A DNA stretch of 64,000 nt from Eledone cirrhosa (lineage: Eukaryota), in NCBI GenBank assembly GCA_964016885.1, contig OZ024745.1, forward strand, positions 41,540,001 through 41,604,000, given 5' to 3'. Both the position numbers and the translations under genes were made by a program. Position 1 is the first letter of the stretch, and each line of letters opens with the position of its first letter. A model generated the notes under the pieces. It was not told the DNA's origin. It made no database searches and saw only the letters and a list, made by a program, of their open reading frames with translations. Positions 42,481 through 54,553 of the stretch are shown here, in pieces.

Positions 42481-44594
42481 CCTACCCCACGAAAGATAAT
42501 TAGAAACTGAAACGATACATAACAATGGGCTTCTACAGAATACTCAAGGTAAGATCTCTTCTTATCTAGTGCATCTGGAGCGAATTATCCCTTTTATTCT
42601 GGGGGATATCATACGACAGGCTAAATTGGCCCTATGGGGTAGCATAATGTTAAGCGTTTCTGCATTAGCTGCATGGATCAGTGACGTATCGTAACTCAAG
42701 CAAATTTAGAGAATTTTCCCGTTTACGTTCTGGGTTCAAACCTTACCGAAATTAAATTTACCTTTCATCCCTCCGGTTTCGCTGAAACAACGTACCAGCA
42801 TCGTAGTACAAATTACCTTACCAAATAAAGTATTGCAGACTATTTGCATGGGTTATAGTACCGAATTTAATAGATGTGAATTCAATTATAACAGAAGACA
42901 GGACACCATGACATTTATTTAATCTGGTAATTTACTGTCTATAAAGGGGTCGATTGTCGGTTCGTCTCACCGATACTAACATCACCAAAGAACTTAACGC
43001 CAAACGGTCCACTTAAATCTAAAACGGATCTTGTTGCTGGTTTTGTTAAGTTTCTGGTCAGCCCTAATAGAGCAAGTCTATAATCAAAAGCGCTCCAGGC
43101 GTGATCATCCCCATTTTTTTATGGTATCTAAGTCTATATCATTTGATGTGTATTCCTAAATAAGTCAAGCAGCCTCGTAGAGTTTTCTTCGTTGGCTCGC
43201 TCTAAATTGGTACCATGGTGTGGTATAAGCACCTTTATAGCCATCGCCAATATCAGGATTTGTTGGGTTATAGTACCGAATTTAATTATACCCTTGGAGA
43301 AACCTATATGTAATAGGCCTATGGCTGGCGTTTCAATACTGCAACAGATCTTGTGGATAAGCCCTAGTTTTCTGGTGGGTCTTTGTTATTCTGAAAACAA
43401 AGTAAAACGTTTACAGTTTTCCTTATTTCTTTAGTGGGATTGTGTCCGTGGCCAGGTTGCAGGAAATGTGATGAAAATGCTTACACCTCGAAACAAATAA
43501 GTGATAAGTGAATATTTTGTGTGAGTGTGTCTGTGTGTGTATGTGCGTGTTTCCTTTCAGTTTTTGTTTTGCTTGTTTTATAGGATGTTTTTTTTTTCTA
43601 AAATACTTCTTTCATTATTTAATTTCTTTACAACGATATTTTTGAGGTAAGGGAAAGCGAAAATGGTGCCGTTCATTACTTTCCCAAGTGTTTACTAGCA
43701 TAAAATGATTAAATTGTCTACAACTGAGAACCGAAACCGCAACGGAATCACAGTATGACAGTCGCTCGGTTTCGACGAGTGTGTCAGCGGAAGGAACAGT
43801 CTGTACGTGAAATTAATGTGTAAGTAGCCTAGAATTCCAGAGGGATATTTACCTCCAACTTAATTCTCAGGGAGATTTGGTTTGATACACTATGACAAAG
43901 GCACTCTTTCGGATGGGCTTACAAATAGTTTCTGTCTATCCAGTTTCACTCACAAATCTGAGGTTAACCCGAGTATATAGTAAATCATATTTTAACCGAG
44001 ACATAGTGATTGTAAAGTGAATTTCCTGAGCATTCGGTCATGTTGTGTCAACCTGACAATTGAGTCGTGCTATGACAACACGGTATATCTATCAATACAA
44101 AAATAAAACGACAAACCAAACAACATTATTAGAAAAAACAAACAGCTTTTCGACTATCGATCTTACAATATTGATTTTGGAAGTCTGTTGCTCTTTATCC
44201 AATATTCTATAACATCTGGACAAACGCATATCTATGAGGTAAAAATGTTTGCTTCAAAATATTTATTGAGTTCCTGAATTTGATCCACTGCTTGATATCT
44301 TGGACGAATGTCTTTACTATAACCTCGGGTCGACCCAAACCTTGCGAGTGGAATTGGGGAGGCGGAAATTATATGGAAGCCCGTCTGATTGTTTCTGTAA
44401 TTCAACGGTCCATTCTCGTTACTTATTGTAGCTCGCTGATTCGGCTTGGGAATTACGTTCAGGGTTCACATGTCTTTGGAATACTCAACCAACTTCTGGA
44501 TTAATGCAGGAGCTTAGCGTGTAGTTGATCGAATCGAACTACCGAATGCTCATCGTCAAAATTAGTGGATGATCTACCATTATTTTATGATATA

Positions 44595-44979
44595 CATTCG
44601 GGTCCTAAATAATCAGGGGATTTGGAATAAGCGGGGGATGGACTATGTGGAGGGCGGAAATCGGTAATTTTTCTAGGTTGCCTCTGTTGATTTTTTTTTT
44701 AAACCAGAATTAGTCGTTTAGTATTGAGACCCCAACCTCTCCTATTTATTTTATAATGTATCAGATTTTTTGCAATGTTCTCTTTTTTTTTTTTCCACGT
44801 ATAATAATTTTTTTTAATGAAAATTGATTGTCGCAGGAATGCTACGACTTAAAATAAAATTTTGCCGGAGATAGATTAGCAAAGTTTAACGAGCGAGGGG
44901 GTGGGGAAGAATAAAATCGGAGGTGGGGGTTTCTGAAAAACTAGTAATCGTTGGGGGGCGATTATTCGACACCCGAGAG
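44595..44979. mobile_element. MITE with ~20-bp imperfect TIRs and TA target duplication
   Basis: TA-CATTCGGGTCCTAAATAATC ... GATTATTCGACACCCGAGAG-TA. Confidence 0.6.
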
Positions 44980-45591
44980 TAGGTGACGAATTGCTAGAGT
45001 CGTTAGAGCCGAGAACAAAATATCTTGTTCGGGTTGTTTACATTCTCATTTCAAATTTCGCCGAGATAAATTTTGCCTCCATTCTTTCGGGATTAAGAAA
45101 TATAAAGTTCCATCTCAAAGCAGTGAATTAACAGTGTCGTTAGAACATCAGACGAGATTGCAGTATTTGTTCTGACTTTTAACGTTCTGAGTTAAAATCT
45201 CAAAGTGGTCTACATGAGTAGTATACCTAATGGGTCACTGAAGAATGGTAGAAGAGAGGGGTCATTTCTTTATTACTTTTTATATTTTCTTTAGCTTCAC
45301 TATGACCACCTTTCAGAAATCATTGATGTCCAGGTGAGATTGTTGGTGCTGTTCTTCTACTGGTTTTTGTTGTTGTAGTTGTAGTGGAGTTGGAGGTGGA
45401 GAGGTAGGGGAAAGGTGTAAGGTGAGAGGCGGGGCTGAATGTGTATAAATCTATCACTGACATTTTATATACCACGTATCTATAAATACAGCAACAATAG
45501 ACTCTAAATACCACATACGTAAATCTACCACAGGCATATTGTATATATACCACATATATCTTGTAAACTCATCCTAGGCGTCAGTCTAAAC

Positions 45592-46116
45592 CAAAGGTTC
45601 TCAACCCATTTCGGCCAAACGCCCCTTTTGCCCCTCGAAATCATGAAACGCCCCCTACCCTATTTTTCCATTTTTCAATATACTACTGATTTTGAAATCA
45701 GTAGATTACTGGGCTAAATCAAGTTATGTTAGAATCTTTAAAAAATACTCGTACGAATTAAATACAAAAATGTTTCAGTCCAAAACAAAAGCAGCTATTT
45801 CAAATTATATATTTTTGAAAAAAAAAAGATTTGATCTCAGTAGAAAAAGTTTGTTTTTTTAAATTCTATATTTCACTGTTAGCTGTTGTAATATTTTGAG
45901 TGAATAGACAATTCTACAATTCAAACTGTAAAGTCAAAATACAAAAGATGCAAAATATGAAGAATTTTTACCTTTCTCTGAAATCGCAAAAACTCAGGGG
46001 AAAAATAGTACCTTGCAAAATAAAATACCTCGTAGCAAAATAAAATACTTAGTAGCAACGAATGAATTGAGAAGCTTGGTGACAGTGAGAAAGCCCTTAT
46101 ATATATACATAGATAG

Positions 46117-46181
<65 letters not shown>

Positions 46182-47117
46182 AACGCACACGCACGCACAC
46201 ACACGCACACACACACACACACATACATACACACACAAACTTCTGTGTGTGTGCATTGGTTTTGGTACAGAAAAAAGTTTGCCTCCAGTTTTTATTTCCA
46301 GGTCAAAGGCCACTGCACTTTTCAACAACGCCAAGTAACAACGCCATACATACATACATATATAGATACATACATACATATATACATACATACATTTACG
46401 TATGTATATAGCTATGCATTTATACATTTGTATATATACATGCATTTATATTTAAGTGTGTAAGGATGTTGACATGATTATTTATGTTTTTTGTTTTTTG
46501 TTTGGTACGGAGAAAACTGTCTCCAGATTTTATTACTTAGGGAGATTAAATACCACAGCTCTGGCTGAAAGCTGACCAGGTTCTCAACCTCATCAAACAC
46601 TAACGCTGGCCTGTATGTGTATATGTGTGTGTGTGTGTATGTGTGTATGTATGTATGTATGTATGTATGTATGTATGTATGTATGTATGTACGTATGCAT
46701 GTGTGTGTATGTTCGTATGTATGTATATGTATACGCCCACACCTTTCATCACCATTGCTACTTTTTGTTGTCATTTCTGTTGAAGCTGTTCTTGTAACTG
46801 TTGACAAAGTTGACGTCCTTATGTTCATTTTCTTTGATTTCTTTTGTTTTTCTTTTATCTCCCTAGGGAATTCGTTGACAAGCTTCTTTTATTTATTTTC
46901 TTCGTTTTTTTTTTCATTCAAATGCATTCACACTGGCTGTCTAAGAGACGTACAAATATGACTTATAAAACTTACCAAACTAAAGGGGCTTCCAGCGCCC
47001 CTCCAAGCTTCAAACGCCTCCCCTAACGCCCCCTTGCTCCCAAACGCACCCCTGGATCTCCCAAACGCCCCCCCCCCCTTTCCGCGAGGGGCCATTGCCC
47101 CCCGTTGAGAACCTTTG
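45592..47117. mobile_element. Non-autonomous hAT (Charlie-type) DNA transposon
   Basis: Perfect 14-bp TIRs CAAAGGTTCTCAAC / GTTGAGAACCTTTG and a perfect 8-bp TSD GTCTAAAC (45584-45591 and 47118-47125). Confidence 0.92.
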
Positions 47118-47884
47118 GTCTAAACAATATGTACTATATTAGAATTCTAAATCGAAAAACTAGTCAACATTCTACGTTAAACGATAGTAAGCTCTTGGAA
47201 CAGGAACCTTAACACGTTTACAGATGCTAAACTGGAATGTAATTTGTTATACACTGTTTAAATCAAAGCTTTTCAAACGTTTTATATTAGCTATACACTT
47301 CAGATCTGTCAAATCTCCCCGTCAGACGGGAAGATCTCCTACCCCACTTTGGGGTATAGCATTCATTCTGTAAACTCTACCCATTTTGCTTCATTTCTCC
47401 CCGTTTGGGGGAAGTTTTGTTTATGGTACTCCCCGTTTGGGCTTTTAGAGGTTGGCTGGTGTAACATTTTATAAAAATAATTTTTTTTTTTCGTGGCACA
47501 TTAAGTTGGTTTTGTTTGCGGCACGACATTAAGATAAATTAAGAAATAATCAATTAAATATCATATCACGTGTTACGAGTCAAAGTTTCTCACGGAGTTG
47601 CTTAATACTTTAAAATTTACATAAAAATTTACAAGATTTTATTTAATTCTGCGACATTTCAAAGTGTCATGCACTTATTTGGAAACTCTGGTATAGCTAT
47701 TCGGGGTTGGAATATCTTTCAACAAATCTCACCGAGCAGACCTATGATCAAAAGTGTTCCATCTGTACCCATCCCGCCGTTTTCAGACACTTTATACCTC
47801 TGACTACGTTATCTAAAGTATCTTTCTATAAATTGGAAGTAGTGATTTGATATATATACATACATACATACACAGATACAAAGC

Positions 47885-48023
47885 ATATACACATGCATGC
47901 ATGCATATATAATCTACCTAGTTGTTGGTGTGTACATTCCAATGAGAGAGTCTTGTGTCTATGTTAGAAACCGACTCTCTCTCTATTGGGAAAAACTTGT
48001 GTGAAATTATAAAACCAGAAGAA
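47885..48023 (+). mobile_element. 3' UTR-only copy of the R4/Dong-like LINE
   Basis: Closely matches 54295-54428 and is followed by CATACATACAT. Confidence 0.85.
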
Positions 48024-48561
48024 CATACATACATGTGTGTGTGTGTGTGTGTATCTATGTATATATATATATATATATATATGTGCATATATATATAAAT
48101 ACATATGCATATATATGTGTACATGCATGCATACATACATACATACATATAAACAGACAAGCATGTATGCATACATATACACTTCATTTAATACGGTATT
48201 GCTTGCTTCTGGTTGTTTTGTTAATGAAAATTTATCAGCTAGAAATTTAAAAAGTAAATGTATATTTAATTATTTTGTATCTATGGGCTCTAAACAGGCG
48301 AATTAATTAACTAATATCATATAGCTTAATTAAACAGTGTATCGTGTGGAAAAAAGATTCGCATAATATGCATATTTTATCTCTTTATTTTTAACTGTTC
48401 CTGCATTTTGTCGCGGAGGAAGTGAAAACTTATGGAAATTCATCGAAAATCATAGCAAATGGATTAATACGAAAACTAGAATATGGTGTCAATGAATATT
48501 TGAATAAATTATTTTTAAATATTCTTCTTCTGTTACAAGCTAAACGAAGTGCTTATTAGTT

Positions 48562-48660
48562 GTAATTGTTTCTACTTTTTGGCACAGGGCCAGCAATTAT
48601 CTCAGTGTATTACTGGTACTTTATTTTATCGACCCAGTAAGGATGAAAGGCAAAGTTAAA
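48562..48660 (-). mobile_element. 5'-truncated SINE with flanking direct repeat
   Basis: Same SINE family. GCTTATTAGTTGTAAT occurs on both sides (48552 and 48661), consistent with a TSD. Confidence 0.8.
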
Positions 48661-49065
48661 GCTTATTAGTTGTAATGTTGTGACGTGATTCTCAGAGCTT
48701 ACTTTAAATACTTCATTAAATACTGAATATTAACGAAAATATGAGCAGTTTATAGATATATCCATGTGTGTATGCATTTTAAAATAAATTAAAGATCTTC
48801 AACACCTAGCCGAGTCGTTCAGGCCCCGTCCTAACACATAGTGTCTTTGGGATATTTTAAACCTGGCAAAGCCCATCCCTCTCTGAGTCGAAATACAACC
48901 GAGAAAGAAAGAGATATTATGTATGAAATGATATCATGTATGAAATAACATCAGCCATGTTGATATTGCCTAAAAGGTAAGCAACACTAGCAGATACACC
49001 GCCTCTAAGACATATGCTAGAGTAGGCTTTGAAACCTTAGGTAGCATGCATAACCCCCCCCCCCC

Positions 49066-49096
<31 letters not shown>

Positions 49097-49197
49097 ACAT
49101 ATATATATATATTCAAAATAGGGAGCGCAGAAGACAAAGACAATGAGAAAACCCAACGGAAAGACGGAAGGAAACAGTTAAAACAGCAACATGCTGT

Positions 49198-49308
49198 CAA
49201 TGATGCCGTCGGGTAAAATTTGCCTTGAATGATAGAAATCAGCGGCTATAAGTGAGTTCACTGGCGATTTTTATACTTTATGGAAAATTTTACCCGACGG
49301 CGTCATTG
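49198..49308. mobile_element. 111-bp hairpin MITE
   Basis: 24-bp inverted termini CAATGA(T/C)GCCGTCGGGTAAAATTT with one mismatch. Confidence 0.65.
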
Positions 49309-49616
49309 TATATATGCATATATTTATGATATATGTATGAATGCATTATTGACATAATGTCCACATTTTTTGCAATTGTGAGATTTCTATAAGATCAGCA
49401 TGTAAATTACAGAAAATAATCTACCATTTCAAATTTTATTGCCTATTTTATTGATATTCTTTCTTCCCATTCTACATTTAGGTTTACTGTTTGTCGATCT
49501 TTTTATCGTTTTATCGTGTTAGTTTTACAATTTAGAATAAAGTTTTTGCTGTTCACTGGCCTAAAAATCATCGATATACCTGAAACATGTCATACACACA
49601 CATATTTACATCTCTC

Positions 49617-49703
<87 letters not shown>

Positions 49704-50460
49704 ATAATAAATTTGAAGACTAAAATCCAAAGAGGGCTCGATAAGGATAAATATATATCAAATATATAAGAACCGTAGAGCAAATATTTATTAAAATAAC
49801 TGATTAAAGTTTAAGCAAAGAATCGCTGCTTTCACCCTTAGCGGGATCTTCTGAAACTAAAATAGTCAATCTGTGAACGCAGAAGTGAATATTTCAAAAA
49901 ACGTTGCAACCGAAGGAAGACAGGAAGACGATACTTTGGTTCGTGAAAACGTTCCCTGGCAAAGAACGGAAAAAAAGGAAGATAATACGTCATTTTTTTG
50001 AGCGGTGAAAACAATTACGCGCAAAGACAAAACCAGGTTTAAGGTATAAATGAAGTCATAGACTAATATTCTATTAGGTGGAGACATTCATGGAGACATT
50101 TTCTGGCAATGAACGGAAAAAACGAAGATAATACCTCATTATGTGGAGCGGTGGGAACAATTACACGCAAAGACAAAACCACGTAAATGGTATAACTGAA
50201 GTCGTTGACAAATATTCTATCTAGGAAACCGAATGATTCTCGGCTTCAGAGTTAAGAATAAGGTAAATAAAATACAGAGGTAATCGAAATTAAATATATA
50301 CATACACGCATCCATATATGTACATACACAAGCATACGCGAAAACACTCGCCATGGGTATACAAATACAAGCACGTACACAAAAAAAAAACCGCGCCCAT
50401 ACAGAACCCACGCAACGCCTGTACCCGCACACATACGAAAGTATACACCAAATACACAAA

Positions 50461-50491
<31 letters not shown>

Positions 50492-51140
50492 CGCGTGTAT
50501 ATATATAATTAAATAAACGTATATAAATAAATAAATAAATAAATAAATACGTATATAACGCGCGCACACACATACCTACATGTAAAACACGTATGTTCGC
50601 AGACGTACGTCAACCAAAACACAAAGTACACAAATACACACACCCTACGAACCCGTATACTCACGTAGACGCAAAACACACGTATACACATAACCAAATG
50701 CACATGTACTAGAATATATAATATATTATATCCGCCATAACATATACAAGCAAATATACGTACGAGAAAGTATATGTACCTTCACAAAACATACAGGTAT
50801 AATATGCTTACCTATACAAATAAGTAATGGTATATACATAACATATACTTAGCTGCCACATCAAGACGTAAAATATCCGCGTATAGTTCGTACTATCCGT
50901 TAGGATATAATGTGGGGCTGTAATACAGGAAAGTTTTGTGAAATTTATGTTTACAAGCCGAAATTGCCTCAGATTTTTTGTTTAAGATGTGGTCTTTGGC
51001 GCAGAGTATTTCCAGGGCCTCAGCGGCGCAGAGGTCACATGGTCTATTATTTCCGTTATACGATCTAGCCCTAGCTAGGATCTCCCAGTGTAACTTATAT
51101 TGGGTGTGGTTGTCTTTTAGACTCCAGATATAAATAATTA

Positions 51141-51271
<131 letters not shown>

Positions 51272-51449
51272 ACTCTCTCTCTCTCTCTCTCTCTCAATGT
51301 ATATATATTTCAGCTTTTATTTCTCATTCTATCGTTTCATGAAGGGCTAGTGTCCGAAATGCTAAGACACTTTTCTTATTATTTTAAGCATTAAACTAAT
51401 ATATTTCTTCATTGTAGTGTATCATTTGGTTTGTTATTTCTGTTTACCC

Positions 51450-51485
<36 letters not shown>

Positions 51486-51760
51486 TATATATATATATAT
51501 GCATACCTGTTTTCTTTCTTTTTTTCGTACCTATTCTTCTATATCTACTTTCATCTTTCATTCGATCTTCTAATGAAGGACTAACGACCGAAACGTTGAG
51601 ATTATTTAAATTAACATATATCGTCATTGTAATGTATTGTTCTTCTCTGTTGATTTTCATTATTGACGTTCCGCATACACACATACATACATACATACAT
51701 ACATACATACATACATACATACATACATACATACATACATACATACATACATACATACAT

Positions 51761-52220
51761 CATGGTTGCCCCCTCGTTATCGAGTATGGCCATTGCACGA
51801 TATACCATTATTATTAATAATTAATTAATTCTATCGAGCAATGCCTGTGCGTGAAGATATGTTTTAAAGTGACGAAAGACTGCACTGAGCCAATCCCACT
51901 CTCTGAGCAACAGTAGCTATAACCCGAAAAGAAGAAAAGATCAACATCATCGGTAACTACTGAGCCGCAGGTTTTATATCGGAGTTATCCCAGTTTCCTG
52001 AGTTGCTTTCTCCTAGAAGAATGCCCTGACAAAGGCTAGGGGTCCTTCACTCCCAGTGGTTTAACCGCGCAATCGGGTGTCCAGCCCGACTATTTCTATG
52101 TCCCCGCGCATATACATACACATGCCCCCATGCATATACACATATACACATACATGTACATGTGTATATACATATTTACACACTTTTGGATGGCCATTGA
52201 CCCTTATGAGTTCTTCCGCC
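51761..52220 (-). mobile_element. RTE-derived non-autonomous element, copy C
   Basis: Collinear with 19725-20190 and flanked by (CATA)n. Confidence 0.75.
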
Positions 52221-52274
52221 ACATACATAGATACATACACACATAGATACATACATACATACATAAATACATAT

Positions 52275-54428
52275 AAAACTGCGATGTCGAAGGTGCGACA
52301 ACTTAGGAGGAATATGGCTACAGTCTGGCTGGACTACAGGACAGCTTTCGATTCTGTTCCCCACTTTTGGGTGATAGAGGCCGTCCAACTTGCTAAAGTC
52401 CCAGACATAATTATCAGAGCCATAGAGAAGCTGTCTTCTTCTTGGGCTACTATCCTAAGGTTAAAGATAGAGAGGAGAACTCTATTTTCACTGATAAAAT
52501 AAAATATCGCATGGGTATATTTCAGGGGGACAGTCTCTCTGTGATATTATTCAGCTTGTCATTAAACCCCTTGTCTTTTCTGCTCAAGAAATGTGAAGGA
52601 TACATCATTGGCTCACAGGAGGACAGAAATACGAACCTAACCCATAATTTCTTTGTGGATAATCTGAAACTCTATGCAAAGAACATGGATGGGATGAAGA
52701 AAAATCTTGACCTGGTTACAACGTTCTCAAAGAATATAGGAATGGAGTTTGACCAAGATAAATGCTCATATATGACTGTAAAGCGGGGGAAAACAACAAC
52801 CCAATCTAGCAACATTGTCATCAATGGCCTAACTGTTTCACCGATATCTGATGAAGACTGCTACAGATACCTGGGGATAGATGAGAACATATCCTATAAT
52901 GGTATCTGTAATAAGGAACGCGTAACCAGGGAATACTACACCCGATTAAGAAAGATTTGGTCATCGGAACTCTCTGCTCAAAACAAAACAGTGGTTCACA
53001 ACGTGTTTGCTGTGCCTGTCCTAACACCAACGTTTCGAATACTCACTTGAACGATAGACGAAATCCGAACAGTTGATGCTGGAACTCGAAAAATACTAAA
53101 CAACACCGGAAACTTCCACATCAACAGTGACATAGACCGCCTTTACTTGAAACGTAAGCAGGGAGGCAGAGGTCTAACATCAGTCCAGACAGCATTTGAA
53201 TGTCGCATCATATTTCTCCGACAACATCTACGAACCTCGAAGCCTAGGAGCCCGTCACTCGAGCAAGTCTATCTGCATATAGATAAGATCATGAGAGTTG
53301 GGAAGGAACTCCTCGAAAGATATTCCCTGTGTGATAATCAAAAACTCACACCCAGGCAAGTCGCTCAGCAGTATCGCAGTGAATCCATGGATGAAAAACT
53401 GCATGCTTATCATGCATGGATATGTTGCCAGGAAGCTCCAGAGTGAGAGTAATATAGATGAGGAAAGTAGTCTATCTTGGACCCATAACGGCTATATTGG
53501 CTCCCACTTTGAAGGATACGCTTTTGCAATCCAAGAACAGGAAATTAACACGAAATACCTGATTCACAAAAGAGATAGAGATGCAGGCAAAACACCTAGA
53601 TGTGATAACAAGTGCAGACTCTGCAGAACTAACATCGAAGATATCACCCATGTCAACAGCAGCTGTCCAAAGATGTCATCGCGGTACTATCTACCTATGA
53701 GGCATGATGTAGTGGCCAAAACTCTCTACAATGCAGTCCGTAAAAAAGATAGCCCCGATAATAAATACATTAAAAGCTACAGCAATGTAGAAGACATCCA
53801 TGTACATAATATGAAAGAGTACTGGTGGTATGTTCCAGTAAAAACCCCAATAAAATGCAGGCATAACAGACCAGATATTATGATATGGGACAGTGAGAAG
53901 AAAGCATGCACAGTAGTGGAAATTAGCTGCCCAGCAGATGCCAATATAATATCAAAATTAGCGAAAAGGAGAATATTTATGCAGAACTGATGAGAAATCT
54001 GCAGATACTCCACCCTGATTACACCTTCAGATTTAAGCCTGTGATTATTGGGGCACTGGGGTATGTTAGTAACTGCCTCAATACAAATCTTGAGAAGCTA
54101 GGCTTCACAGGAACAGAAAGAATACAACTAGTTAGGAAATTACAAGTACAATCCATGGAACAGTAAAAATATGTAAAACTTTCCAAAAATGTTGCATCTA
54201 ATAACTGCATATACACATGTACAGATGCAAAGAATATACACATGCACACATACAACTCAAAACACATCCACACATAAAATAACATCCATATCTACACATG
54301 CATGCATGCATACATAAACTACCTAGTTGATGTTGTGTAAATTCCAATGAGAGAGACTTGTGTCTATGTTAGAAACCGACTCTTTCTCTCTCTATTGGGA
54401 AAAAATTTGTGAAATTATAAAACCAGAA
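52275..54428 (+). mobile_element. 5'-truncated R4/Dong-clade non-LTR retrotransposon (RT + CCHC + restriction-like endonuclease), frameshifted
   Basis: WLDYRTAFDSVPH, GIFQGDSLS, FVDNLKLY, KQGGRGL, CRLC...H...C, RHDVVAK, HNRPDIMIWD...VEISCP. Confidence 0.92.
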
Positions 54429-54477
54429 CATACATAGATGCATACATATATACAGACTAGCAGACAGATTGAAATAC

Positions 54478-54553
<76 letters not shown>
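54478..54553. repeat. (GATA)n microsatellite at the Tx1 3' junction
   Basis: Seen directly. Confidence 0.95.
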
